From NCBI RefSeq assembly GCF_009914755.1, contig NC_060942.1: a stretch of 64,000 bases of DNA, one strand, 5' to 3'. The notes beneath the pieces were generated by a model. The model saw only the letters and a program-made list of their open reading frames with translations, did no database searches and was not told the DNA's origin. Position numbers and translations under genes: made by a program. This document shows positions 40,961 through 61,713 of this stretch, piece after piece; within the stretch, counting starts at the first letter, position 1, and the number at the start of each line of letters is the position of its first letter. Origin of the DNA: the human T2T-CHM13v2.0 reference genome, Homo sapiens.

Positions 40961-41599
40961 CCGCCGCGAAGGCCAACCCCGGGAAGGGGGTGGGTGTGCG
41001 CCTCTGGGGGTGCGGGGCGGCGGGAGGCGGCCGGGGCGAACGAGGGGCGCAGGGCAGCCGGACCCAGGGGCGCGGGTGGGCGCCGGGCAGAGGCGGGGTG
41101 CGGCCCCTCGTGCCCACTCCTGCGGGCCGGGGTGAGCGCGTGAGGCTCAGGCCCCTGGGCCTGCCCGCAGTGGCCTGTCCCACCCTGGCCTTGGGGACAG
41201 CCGGCCTTCGCGCCCCGCCAGCTGGCTTGGGGGGCCGAGGAGGAACCGCCCGGGCTAGGCCCCGCAGGTTACGAGACGGGGGCCACGTGAGCGCGGCTCT
41301 CCTACTCCCCCCGCCGGCGCCGGCCGGGCACAGATGCGTTTCCAGAGGCCTCCGTGCCCCCTCTCCCACTGGCCCTGCCTTCGCCCCCCGCCCCCTCCCC
41401 AGACAGCCCCAGTTTTCTTCCCCCGAGGTGAAGGGATTTGGACTTCTCCCCCCAGGTGCTTGAAAGAAGAGAAGGTTGGAGGAGGAGGAGGAGACTGGGG
41501 GGCTGCTGGTGGTGGTGACAGGGCTGGGAGAGAGAGGAGAGGGACGGAAGGGAGGAGGGGGCTGGGTGGGGTGGGGGTGACAGCAGAGAGGAGCCTGGT

Positions 41600-41768
41600 C
41601 AACAAGCCAGCACCACTGTGCTAGGAGGCCAGGCCGGCTCTGCAGCCGACGCATCCCGTGTGAGCAGACACACATAGCTCGCTTTCTTGGGGGCTCTTTG
41701 TCAGCCACCAACACAGAGAGCACACACTGACACACACGTACACAAAGATCTGAGCCAGGTTGTGGGAG
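41600..41768 (+). other. Candidate alternative first/5'UTR exon (start approximate)
   Basis: Strong donor GAG|GTAAGT at 41769 on the downstream shore of the CpG island. Confidence 0.45.
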
Positions 41769-41935
41769 GTAAGTGGGGGAAGGAGAAGGAGGGGGAAACA
41801 GTGTCTGCGGTGGGCTGTGGGGTGGAGGGGAGGGGGGATGGGCCCTGAGGGGCTCTGGGGTGCTTGCGAGGTGAGCATTTCCAAGGCTGTGTGCTCGTGG
41901 GGTGGGGGGACACACGATGACCTTCTCCTCCTCAG

Positions 41936-42225
41936 GAAGACCTAAGAGGGAAGAGCAAACCCCAGCGAGATCCCCCCTGTGCTGATGATTTTCAGGGACT
42001 TGTTGGCAACTCAGCGAGGGTTGCCATAGCTTTTTTATGTAGGGTGACCAGAACCGGCTGAAACTGGTTTGAGGCAGATCAGCTCCTGAACACAATGCAG
42101 TCACTGAGCTACTACAGTAGGATAGCAGCTTCCTCCCTTCATGGCAGCCAAAAGCAGAGGAGCTTGCAGGAAGGTACCATCCCTACACAGTATGTGAATG
42201 CACACTTAGACACCACACAGCACTG
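41936..42225 (+). other. Candidate alternative 5'UTR exon
   Basis: Acceptor ccttctcctcctcAG (41934-41935) and donor CTG|GTACGT (42226). Confidence 0.35.
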
Positions 42226-42538
42226 GTACGTGACTAATGGAGCCCTAAAAGATTCTGGGTAGAGAAGATGGAAAAAAAGGTGCAGGTTTGCAGGGTCTGA
42301 GATTACTTGGGCTTTTCCTGCCTTTTTCTTTTGCTTAAGGGATGGACAAGGAGCTGAGATTTATGACCCTTATTAGAGAAAAAAATGTGCCTTGCTAGGG
42401 TGGGGACACTTGGTTGATGCAGTCTCTCTCTCTCTTTCTCGGTGTTTATAACAAAACAAAACCAAAATGAACTGAGGGGTTTGTAATGGTAGTTTGTTGC
42501 TGGAGAATGCTACTTTGCATGCTTTTTTTCTCTTGCAG

Positions 42539-42620
42539 GGTATGTTCTGTCTTGTGCTTTTTCTTTTAGAAGCTACTAAAGGGTGTTGGGGATGCTTCTG
42601 ACTATTATGAAGGCCAAAAG
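42539..42620 (+). other. ZNF532: 5'UTR exon (82 nt)
   Basis: Acceptor gctttttttctcttgcAG (AG 42537-42538) and donor AAAAG|GTAACA (42621). An internal alternative acceptor tttttcttttAG|AAG lies at 42568-42572. Confidence 0.75.
42542..42601 (+). CDS. Putative uORF1, MFCLVLFLLEATKGCWGCF* (19 aa)
   Basis: ATG 42542 (G at -3), TGA 42599-42601, inside the 82-nt exon; translated by hand. Confidence 0.4.
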   Translation: MFCLVLFLLEATKGCWGCF

Positions 42621-42729
42621 GTAACAATATCGTTCTAGGAAATGAACATAAATGCATTCCAGTGATGCTGTTAGCCATACATGCTGTCTTTTTTTTCCTT
42701 GTAGGCCTGTTGACTGGGGCTGCTTTTAA
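42592..42729 (+). CDS. Putative spliced uORF2, MLLTIMKAKRPVDWGCF* (17 aa; 42592-42620 joined to 42705-42729)
   Basis: ATG 42592 (G at -3); the frame crosses the AG|G junction and stops at TAA 42727-42729. Confidence 0.4.
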
Positions 42730-42814
42730 CCCTTTCCTATTTGCTGAGAATGCAGCCGTGTGACAGTAACTGAACATTGGTCTAAAGTCTTTCCAAAAGG
42801 TCAAGGTTCACAAG
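42705..42814 (+). other. ZNF532: 5'UTR exon (110 nt)
   Basis: Acceptor tcttttttttccttgtAG (42703-42704) and donor CACAAG|GTGAGA (42815); separated from the previous exon by an 84-nt intron. Confidence 0.78.
42750..42773 (+). CDS. Putative uORF3, MQPCDSN* (7 aa)
   Basis: ATG 42750 with A at -3; TGA 42771-42773. Confidence 0.35.
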   Translation: MQPCDSN

Positions 42815-45569
42815 GTGAGATACGCTGTTTTGAGCATGAATTTAAATATTTATTTGCAGATCCATTTAGACACAGACGGACCGTGGATTGCTACCCAGGA
42901 GATAAAATTGGGTTCAGAGTGGAGAAGAAATGCTCTTAATGTTATCCCAGTTTAATGGGATTAGAGTGACTTTATGATGGTATTGCGATCAAGGCGAAAT
43001 CTGAATGCCTTCATTAAATCGCATGTGTCTGGGCAATTGGGAGAGTCAGGCCTGGAAGGAAGCGAGTGTGGAGAATGGTAGGCGTCAGGGCCTTGTGGAG
43101 AATGTGCTGTTTTGCATAAGACGAAAGCAGTACACATGTGGCATTTTCCCGATGATTATAAGAAAAGGAAGGGCTTCACCAAATCGAGGCAGCCTAGCCA
43201 CCTTTTTAGGATTTGAGGAGTCTGAAGGTAGATTTGCCTTTTGTTCATTCATCACCTTTCTTTTACCTTGCTCTCTTGTGTTAACCTGAAAGGTTTTTCA
43301 CTCCGACTCAAGTGGTGGAATGTCTTTTATTGATTTTGGGGGCTGTTGACGGTGAGTTCGCCATTGGATTCTTTGTGGCATATGTTTAATGTGGAATACT
43401 AATGCAATACCAGGGGGAAGCCGGGTAGTCTGGCTTCATCTGTGAAAAGATGCCTGTTAACTCAAAGCTGTACTGGAATGGGTGGTAGAAAATGTCTGAT
43501 GCCTTTAAAGATCGCAGTTAGGTTTGAGCAGGCATTTTAATGCACCTTCCAAAACCAGAGGTTGGAGAGGAGAGGAGAGAAGGAAGGAGTGAGGAGAGTA
43601 GCAAAGTGAAGAACAAAGGCTGAGGGGGCTTGCAGGAGAACACTCAACATTTTGCCTTGGGTTCCTTGTGAAAAGAACTGCAACTTCCCCAAACAGGAAA
43701 CCAGCAGCTCCAGAATGGGATCCAGTGTGATCTCAACAACAGATAGAACTGGTCCTGCCTTTCTGCTGGTTTTTGGTAAAAGTACAGTCAAGAGGAGCCC
43801 ATAGAAGACATGACTGAAAATAAAATTTTCCCCTACTTCGAAGTGGGCATTTTGTTCCTCTCCGTGTTCAGCAGAATAGGGGCTTTTCAGCAGTGCCGAG
43901 GATCTTGGAATTGGTTAAGTTGTGTGCTGGCAGTTGGTGGGCAGGATATCTGCAGTGAAGGACGTCAAGTATGCAAGGGTTTTATTGTTAAAATGTTTTT
44001 CATTTGGCTACAGAACATCCACTATGTGATAAAACTGGCAAAAGGGAAACAAGAGTGCATGGTTAGCTCAGGATACTTTATGGAGTATTTAATAGAGATA
44101 AATGTAATCTTGGACGGATATACCAGTAAATAGCTTACATGATGGAACAAAATTCTTTACAAATCACTGTGCTAAAATTGGTTTTCAATTCTCCATCATT
44201 TCTGACTGCCAGAGGTTCTGTGTATGAGTGTGGCAGGAATATGCTTGCAAAGCAGATCCGAATCCACGCTGCGCGTGGTGTGCTGCTTCTGCGTTTCTGA
44301 TGTCAACTAAAACTCAGATGGCTAATATGATAAACCTTAATTAGCTTAATACAATAAGCTGTTTTATTATTTAGTCCTTCATTCTTGTCTTTTGAGAGTC
44401 AGTGATTTTTGTTTAACTTTGACAGCTAACCCCTTGCCACGGCTATACAGTGCGAATATGTTTTAAAAAACCTCTTCGTAGGGCATTGCATGTCATGGAA
44501 TGTTCTGGTTTTCTGTCTTGGTGGTTTTTAGCTTTGTTCCTCTCCCTCCCCCTTGAAGTCTCCTGAAGATAGCATTTGTTTTGCATTTAGACCAATCTTT
44601 CCAGCTGCAAATGCTGCTGAGGGTTGGAGAGCTGGTTCTCTGGGGCGGGAGTCATGAGCTCATCTTGGATTGGAGCTTGTCTCAGGTGTTGATCTCATGC
44701 TGAGGTATAACAATGTAGCAGGCCCAGGCCTCCCTGGAGTGGGGAGAGTCTTCTGGGCTGGGGAATGTGGATGTGAGTGTGCAGGATGAGCTAGGGCATG
44801 TTCCTTCCTGGGAGAGCCAGGGGGGACCCGGTGCCTGCAGTTCCTGTCACCGTGGAGCCCAGAGCCCAGCCCCTGGTCGGCAGTGCCTGTAGCAGGCTCT
44901 AAAGACGACCTGCGGTCCATCCCCTCCGGAGCAGGAATGTGTGGGTTTGGCTGAGGAGAGCACACTGGAAAGAAAGTGTAACTGGGTGTTGAACCCTTCT
45001 TGTTTTTATCCTTTGCCTATTCAATCATTTTTTCCATGTTAAAGAACACTGGAGCCAGGGTGTTTGGAACTCTCAGCGCAACCTGGTTCAGGAGCACACA
45101 CGCTCTCTTTTTCTTCTGTTCTTTTCTCTCAGCGATTCCCTGCCCCCACCCACCTTGACTCATTTTAAGGAAGGTCTAGGAAGGAGGTTGCCAACTTGTC
45201 AGTAGAATCTTCTGATGCCTTTGACTGTGAGTTAGAATTTTAGGGTTTGTGTTCTCCCATCTCCCATTTATTTCTTCTCTTGAAATGTTCTCTTGGACTT
45301 TTCCGTGCAATACAGTCGCTCTCCAGTTGGCTTTGAACAACCTTTACCGTATCCTTGGTAGAACTCCAGCTGGCTGTTAACAGGTGAAGCAGAGGTTGCC
45401 AACACAAGGGAAACTGACTCCATTCCCCATCATGTACTCCTAATCCCAGGACCATCAGAACAAGAACTACAGACTTGATAAACATTATGGAAACACACAC
45501 CTTCGTGTTCATTTTATTTTAGGGCTGATCTTTAACTAAGTCATGGTTAAAGAATTAGCTTAAAAAAAT

Positions 45570-46030
45570 TTAAAATTTGTGTACAGGAAAATTTACTCTG
45601 TGGTGTACCGTTCTGTGGGTTTTGGCATATGTGTAGAGTCACTTATCCACCACCACGGGCGAAGCAGAACAGGCCCATCACACCAGAGCATTTCCTCTTG
45701 CCGCCCCTCTGTAGTCAGCCTCTCCTACCCCTGGCATCCACTGTCTCACTATAGGGACATGGTTCTCTCGTCCTAGAGTTTGGGCTTTCTAGAATGTCAG
45801 ATAGCAAGATGCGTTTCAGATTCATCCATGTTTCTCTGTGTTTCGATACTTGGTTCTTTGTCATTGCTGAGTAGTATTCTGCTGTATGGATGTACCACAG
45901 TTTATTCATTTGCTGGGTGAAGGACATTAGGGTTGTTTCCAGTTTTTGCTAATTGTGAGTAAAGTTGCTGTAAGCATTTGTGTGAAACAGGTTTTTGTGT
46001 GAACATAAGTTTTTATTTCTTTTTGCTAAA
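45570..46030 (-). mobile_element. L1M fragment
   Basis: attcatccatgtt...ctgagtagtattc...ggatgtaccacagtttattcatt...ggttgtttccagttttt. Confidence 0.8.
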
Positions 46031-46032
46031 TG

Positions 46033-46384
46033 CAGTCACGTGTCGATTAATGCAGGGGTACATTCTGAGAAATGTATCATTAGACAGTCTTGTCATTGTG
46101 CAAAGATAGAATGTACTTACACAAACCTAGATGGTGTAGCCTACTATAGCCTACTATATACCTAGGCTATATGGTGTAGCCCATTGCTCCTAGGTTGTAA
46201 ACCTATACAGCATCTTACTGTACTGCATACTGTAGGCAGTTTTAATACAGTGGTAACTATTTGTGTTTCTGACCAATCTAAACACATAAAAGGTACGGGA
46301 AAAATATGGTATTATAATCTTATGGGATCACTGTGTGTACGTGGGCCATTGTTGACCAAAATGTTGGTTTGCGTTGCATGACTG
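46033..46384. mobile_element. Tigger3a/MER7A-type MITE
   Basis: TIRs cagtcacg...catgactg; internal gtacttacacaaacctagatgg and cctaggctatatgg. Confidence 0.85.
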
Positions 46385-46950
46385 TTCCTAGAATTGGGGT
46401 GGCTGGATCACATGGTACATACATAAGAGTTAGAAGTTTGAATGAAAATAAATCCAACTTGTAACTCACAAAAAAGATCTAGCGTTGACAGCTGCAGTTA
46501 AGACTCGCCGAGAAAGAGATCGTAGTGAACATTGTCTGAAGACACACGAGAGATGATCATGATAATAGAACACTCTCTAATGGGATGACATGCTTTGTAA
46601 CCCTGAACTAATCAGAATTAGCCAAAAGTGGAAACAGAAAACTGCAAGTGGTAAAATATCCTTTATTTCCTGCAGCAATTATTTTTAATCTCTTCGGAAA
46701 CATTTGGCAGTCTAATTTTTACATTCAGGTTCAATAAAACACAAAACAACAATAGAATAGAAATTTTGGAAAGTGATACCACAGATCATTGTTGAAATCT
46801 TAGTTGTGTGTTATTAACTTCTGAATTATAATTTGATTTATGGACTGCCAAAGTATTGGGGTCATTTTATTAATAATATTTGAAGTTATTCAGCTTTTAT
46901 GTATTTTTAGGAACTGAAAATGTTTAAGCAATATTCAGTGAAAGCAGTGA

Positions 46951-47300
<350 letters not shown>

Positions 47301-47439
47301 CAGGTTGTTTTTTTTTTTTTTTTTTTTTTAAGGATAAAATAGCTTTCAGGATTGGGAAGAACAGACAAAGGTAATGGTGGTACAGATGGAGGGGAGCCCA
47401 AGAAGTGGGACATGATGTTAACCTGGGGATTGCCTTGTC

Positions 47440-48430
47440 ATTTAACAGATGCTTACTGAGTGTTTAAGCACTGGGCATTGTGCTAAGCACAGGAGTGCAG
47501 AGGGAAAAGGGCCCCAGGGAGAAAAATCTAGTGGAAGGAGCCCCCAGAAGCTATGATAGGAATGTGAATAGGCCGCCTCATGCCAAGCGTCCACAGAGGA
47601 GCTGTGAAAGACTGGTAAGAATATGTGAGGCAGTCAGAGCCTGGGAGAGCATCTAAGTCCATGCAGCACACGTGGAAAGGTCTGGGGAGAGCTTGGTGTT
47701 TCGAGTGGGGTGTGGGTGTGCGAGGGGATGGAGCTGGAAGGCAGTTGAGGGTCACCTGATGAGGCCTTTTGGTGCAGTGCCTTGAGGATGGACTTCTGTG
47801 TAGGCAGAAAAGACGGACCTTTCGTTACAAAGGTCCTGTGGCAGCCCCATGGAGGTTGGAATAGAGGCTGTACAGGCTGGAGGTAGGGAGGCCAAAGAGG
47901 GAACCGGCAATCCAGGAGAGAAAGGATGAGGGTCTTTCATCCCAGGTGTTGTTTGTGGGGATGGAGTGGTAGGTGGGGGCTGCTTCAGGGGCCAGGTAGT
48001 GCCTGATTGGAGGAGTAAGGCTGCTTCTTAGGTGGCTGTCTGGGGGTTGCTTGGAGACTGGGTGTTCTGTCTTTGAGATAGCAAATTCCGAAGGCAGAAT
48101 AGATTTGGAAGAGTGGAGGTGGAGGGACTTGATACAGTGAGTTCAGTTTTGGGCTCCAATTGCCTCTGGCTCTGTGAGTCTGGAATTTAGGAGGGTTGCT
48201 TGGGCTGGAGGTCAAGATTGGTAGTAATGAACATAAAACAGAGAGGATAGAAGAAAGGTGTTTTAAAAGGGGTTGGGTTTGGGTCCCCTAAGATAGTGGC
48301 TTACGTAGTAAAAACCATAAACGAAGCGGCAGGGGTGGCTGAAGAACTTAGAACCTGTGCTTTAGCAAGTTGGAGGGCAGAAGATTCCCAGGAAGGTAGA
48401 AAATGTAGCTAAAACCTGCAGATGCTGCAG
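47440..48430 (-). mobile_element. L2 fragment
   Basis: catttaacagatgcttactgag...gtgagttcagttttgg...gagtctggaatttaggagg. Confidence 0.6.
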
Positions 48431-49841
48431 TAGGTGATGGCACTTTACGTCTGTTATCCCATTTTTCTGATTTTTAAACCTTTTCTTAGAGGTGGGGTCC
48501 TGCTATGTTGCCCAGACTGGACTCAAACTAGCTGGACTTGAACTCCTTGGCTCAAGGGATCCTCCTGCCTCGGCTTCCCAAGCAGCCAAGTAGCTGGCAC
48601 TATAGGCATGCACCACCGCAGCAGCTATTATGTTACCTCATTTGATACCGAAATGATGAGAGGAGCTGTACATGTTTTTCCCTGTGGTACCAGTGGGGAA
48701 ACAGACAGAGACCCTCCCAGCTCGTAAGTGGAAGTGGAAACAGGATTTGAAACATGCTCCTTCTCACTGTGCTGTTCTGCCTTGGGGGAGCACAGTTGGT
48801 GGACTGAGGGGTGAGCATGGAAGCTGTTTCAGGGTGTGGAGGTGCCCAGAGAGGGCACAGCAGGTGCTAAACAGCAAAGACACTGGCGCCGTTCACGTTG
48901 GAGGTGATAGCTGATGACTGCCAGCGTGAGAATATGCAGTGGAGAAGTTTGAGGTACACTCAGGGCCTTTGTATTTAGCCAGATTTTCCTGATTGTAGTC
49001 AGCACAGAGAGCAGGGCATCTGTATTTGCACCAGAGACATCTCTAGAAATAGCATGTTGAAAAGACTTATTTTATTGGGCACTGGGGTGAGGATACAGAT
49101 TGGAGGGGAGAAGGGCTAGAAAGATGTATTTGTTTTATGTATTCTTTGAAAAGGCTGAGAAAATCAAAGCAAATTGAAAGTGGTGCCGAGAAGAATCTTT
49201 TGTTCCAACAATAAATAAACACAGTTTAAAGAATTCTTTGAATCATCTTCTACGGCAGGAAGTTCTATATTCTGGCTGTTTTATAATGAGGGAGAGCAAA
49301 TTCTGTTTAATCTAAATCTGGAGACTGAAATAAGTAATTTTTAGACAGACGCAGAGCGGCTTTTTTAGCTGTCTCACATATTCCTTATGAAGGATCACTC
49401 TTTAAGGATGGTCTTCAGGGGCCCCAAATGCAGATTTTGTATTCTTCTGTTTTCAGTCAGTTATTATTACAGCTTTACATAATTAGAGCTTTTAGACATC
49501 TTGAGTGATCCGTAGAGACCTAAAGATAAAATCAGGGTGTTGTGGTTCTTGAACTGTTTTCTTACCATCAGCCTTTGCATTTTGGGACACAAACTCCTCC
49601 TTTCCCCAAGGCTGACTCCCGGGGCTAGTAATGGGTATTGATTTTATCATTTTCTTTTGTGAGGAACAAATTCTTTCTAGGGATTTCAATAGTAAGAATT
49701 AGATAGTTGAAAAACCTAAAAAGGTTAGAAAATTCAAAGCCCTCTGTTTTAAAGGACCCCATAGCTGGAAGTACTTCACACATTTGTAGTTATCTCATTT
49801 TCTACAGTGAGCCCACATTGGAGGGTGGGGCCATCAGGTAA

Positions 49842-51934
<2,093 letters not shown>

Positions 51935-52179
51935 TGAGTGGCTGTACTTTAGGTTGTCTGTGGGTGCAATTTACGTTGACCAAAGTTTAAAACAAAACAA
52001 AACTTGATGGTGAAAATATGCCAGGTTAGCAAAAGCCTATATTCTGACCCTTTCCCCCGGCACTTCGCTTCCCATGTTTGTTTGACCATGCCTAGATACT
52101 TATATTCTGCACACTGGGATTTGGGGGTGATAGAAGGGTGAGTGGAGAAGGATCTATGAATAATTATTTTATTTCTGGA

Positions 52180-52630
52180 ACTACTCTGTTCAGTAGTGTG
52201 GTAGCCACTAGCCACATATGACTACTGAGCACTTGAAATATGGCAAATCCTAATTGAAATAAGCTGTAAGTATAAGATACATATCAGGTTTTGAAGATGT
52301 AATGAAAAAAAACAGAATATCTTGTTTTTTATATTGATTACATGTTGAATTCATAACATTTTGGCTATTTCACCTTCCCCCCCCTTTTTTTCTCTTTTTC
52401 AAAAAATTAAAACTTTTTTTTCCTGGAGATGAGTGTCTTGCTGTGTTGCCCAGGCTGGTCTCAAACTTCTGGACTCAAGTGATCTTTCCCACTCAGGCTC
52501 CCAAAGTGTTGGGATTATGGGCATGAGCCACTGTGCCAAGTCCTTTTTTTCCTATTTTTAAAATATGACTGCTAGAAAATGTAAAACTAGATATGTGGCT
52601 TTTGTTATACTTCCCTTGGACAATGCTGTT
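52180..52630. mobile_element. MER33-type hAT MITE split by a monomeric Alu
   Basis: gtagccactagccacatatg...gagcacttgaaat...ttggacaatgctg. Confidence 0.7.
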
Positions 52631-52981
52631 CTGGAATGGTGGGTGGACATTCAAATAAATTTAGCAATGAAATTTTTCTGGTGCCCTGCAGTATTCATAT
52701 TTGTTGATAACATTGAGTCTCTCCTTCTGTTAACAAAGATAGTGCTAGTTTGGCCCCTTTTTCTCTCTCAGGTGTTCCTAATTCACCTGTCTCCATCACA
52801 GGTCTACACAGCCACACTGGGTTGGTGTTTGCTTCATTATGGAAAGGGAACCAGTATTAATCACAGGTTTGCTGTGTGCTGGATGCCTTATACTTACTGT
52901 CCCCTGTAAGGTTATACTTCACATTCCTGTTGAGACTCACAGCTTGAGTGACCAGCTGAAGAATGCTCCACTAGTAGGTGA

Positions 52982-53600
<619 letters not shown>

Positions 53601-54007
53601 TCTCTGCTCCTCCCTTGGTCTCGGACCTGCTTCCTCTCTGCTTCCAAAGCGATAAGATTCTCCAGGCCTTCCCTGACACCACAGGGACTTACCCTCTAGC
53701 TTGGCATGTGATGCTAGCAGGGAGCAGACATGGGGGCCAGGACTGTTTTTTTTGATCACAGATGCCCAGTTCTGGCATGAATGCTAATTTCTGAGTACTC
53801 AGGATCTGAATGGATCCGGGGTTTATTCCTCTCCCTACATTTCTGCATTACTCCACCTTTGATATTGTGATCCCTTTGACACTTGTAGTCGGATCAGATG
53901 GAAAAGAATTTTAATATTGTGATTGCATCCAGGAGATGGGGCAAAGGTGCCTGTTATGACTTCATGAAGACTGTCAGGCCTTAGGTCAGCACAGACAAGT
54001 GACTTTG

Positions 54008-55545
<1,538 letters not shown>

Positions 55546-56639
55546 TCAGAAGGCCAAAGATGATGGGCACAAGTCCGGTGAAATAGGCAAGGACGGGAAC
55601 ACATACAGATGCAGGACAGATGGCCATGCACAAGTGCATGATGGCAGGAGTCGGCAGTCCGAAAGATCTGTGATCTGTGGTGCTGATAGGAGAGGCCCCC
55701 CTGAAGGACTACCATGGAATGAATGAGTGAGTTGGTGAATGAATGAAGACCATATGAGCTACCAGTTCCAGTGATCACTGGATAACTGCAGCCTGAAGTG
55801 GAGCCAACTTCACCCAGCCTTCACGTGGAGTGGTGACTAAGGGCCCCCGTGGCCCAGGTGGCTGAGGTGAGGGGTGTGCATTGGGAGAGGCAGTAGCTCC
55901 TTGCCTGGCAAAGTTCATACGAGAAGGCTCTGAAAGACTAGATTGTTTAGAGTTTGCATGATTTGTAGGACATGATCAAGCTATGCAGTAAGAAAGGCAG
56001 CTCATTCTGAGGCCCAGGGTTAGCAGCTGTCAGGAGGACCTGACATCAAGAACTCAAGCGTCATCTTGCACTAAGCTTACTCCGCATTCTTTTGAGGACC
56101 ACATGCCCTTGGTTGTCTCTTTTGCTTCCCCCTTAGTAGAACTTCTTTCCTATACACATGGGCAAACAATGCTGTTCCACAGCTCCTGTGTCTCCATGTC
56201 CTCATTTTAAATACTAGTGGACATCACCTGTAGTCCTCTGTCCTACTTGCAGTTCTCAAGGCCAAAAATCTCACTGGGCCTGGTCTAATCAGCTGTGGAG
56301 GGCAGGTTGTTCTTGTTCTTAGCCCTAAATAGGTGACAGTAGCCTTTAGTGAAGGTGGCCAGTGGGGTTGTGAGGCACGCCCGGCGGGGCCTGCTACAGT
56401 AGGAGCCATAGAGGCAAATCTGATACATTAGCGTCTCTTGTGTCTGGCCAAGGCGTTCCTCATTGTAAAATGCGATGCTTTCTAGAGAATGTCATTGTGA
56501 GAAAAAAATCTTTGTTCAGACATTGGCAAAACAATTAATTAAATGAGTAGAGTCAATGAGAAGTGAGCTATGCATGTTTATTGGGTAAGTGTAAAAGCTG
56601 GCGGCAAAAAGACAATGCAAGTGGCGACTGCCTTTTTCA

Positions 56640-59975
<3,336 letters not shown>

Positions 59976-60875
59976 TCTCCAAAGAGAATAATTTCTTAAA
60001 CCCAGCTTTACGTTTGTCCCAGAGATATCTCATCCTGAAAGATTCCAGCATCAGATAAGCTTGGGTAATGCTAAAGCCCTGGATTCCCACTTTGAAGATT
60101 CACATTGGAGGTTCATGTTAGCTCTGGAAAGTTCTGAGAAGCCTTGAGAAAAGAAATCAGGCTGTGTGTGTGTGTATTTAATCTAACATTTCTCAAATTC
60201 CTAGACTGTAGAACCCCTTCTTCCCCTTTCTTGGGTGGAAAGTTTAGTAACAGGAGGAACATTCCTGGGTAAATATTCTTCCAAGCTGTTGGTGTCTTTG
60301 ATGAAATTAATGAAAACTGAGAGAGGGCCTTGTGAGGAAGACTCAGAGGGTTTCATCCATCCTCTTCTCAATATAACATAATGATTGATATACTGATGTA
60401 ATTAATTCTCTTTCTCTGTGTTTTTTTCCTGTTTTCTGTTTACTCCAGGAAGAGAACTTTTAAATGAATTGATTTTTAAAGTCAATGATGGTGGGCATTC
60501 TGTGAGTGATCACTGTGGGGGATACTTTCAGACATATTTTTTAGATAAAAGGACTGTGTTTCAGAATTCCAAAAGTGTTTTAAGTGAATTTGGTATCTAG
60601 TGAGAATTGTTTCATGATTAGCCAGTGGCATCATTTTGGAGGATGAGAACAGCTGTGATACCTGTGCAGGGAGCCTATTTGTCCACTCCCTCAATTAATG
60701 GGAGAGGGCCAGGGTCAGGGTCGGCTGGAACAGAGAATTGCTACTGTCTGTATACTAGGACATGGCTCTGGCATGGATGACCTAAGCAAGCAGGTTTATT
60801 ATGATTCCAGTAGGATTAAGTATTGGTGGGAGGAGGATAGGGTGATATAGGGAAGGCATCCCTGCTCACATAAAG

Positions 60876-61093
60876 CAGAGTTTTTTAACCTCAGCACCGT
60901 TAGCATTTGGGGCTGGATAATTCTTGGTTGTGGGGAGGGCTGTCCTGTGCGTCTTAGGATGTTTAGCAGCATCCTTGACCTCTACCCACTATATGCCAAT
61001 AGCATGCCTCCTCCCCCAAGTTAGAACAACCAAAATGTCTCTGGACATTGCTAAATATAATTGGTGATAGGTCATCCCAGTGGAGAGCCACTG
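60876..61093. mobile_element. MER20
   Basis: aacctcagcac...tttggggctggataattctt...aaccaaaatgtctctggacattgc...gagagccactg. Confidence 0.85.
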
Positions 61094-61321
61094 ACTTGAA
61101 GCCTTGTAGTAAGGACAATACTTCAAAACTTCAGGGGATGAAAATTGCAAAAGAAAGACCTCTGTTGAGGGAAGCAAGCCAGTCAGCCTCGTGGACCTGT
61201 GAAATCCCCAGAGAAGTAGGTTACCTTCAGCTACTAGTTTTCTCTTCCATGTTTTCTAATGCTGGAAGTCTCAAAAAGTGTTTGCAAATATTAATATTTT
61301 AAATTTAGTGCTTAAAATTTA

Positions 61322-61713
<392 letters not shown>

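Larger units (their letters stand above)
40240..41420. promoter_or_regulatory. CpG island / promoter
   Basis: Very high GC and CpG density, GCC/CGG tracts and GC boxes, flanked by splice-donor-terminated exons. Confidence 0.95.

Noticed and set aside
40197-42104. 635-aa minus-strand ORF and overlapping 130-240-aa ORFs
   Set aside because: Pro/Arg/Gly/Ala low-complexity products open in several frames on both strands, as expected from stop-codon scarcity in a CpG island; no recognisable domain.
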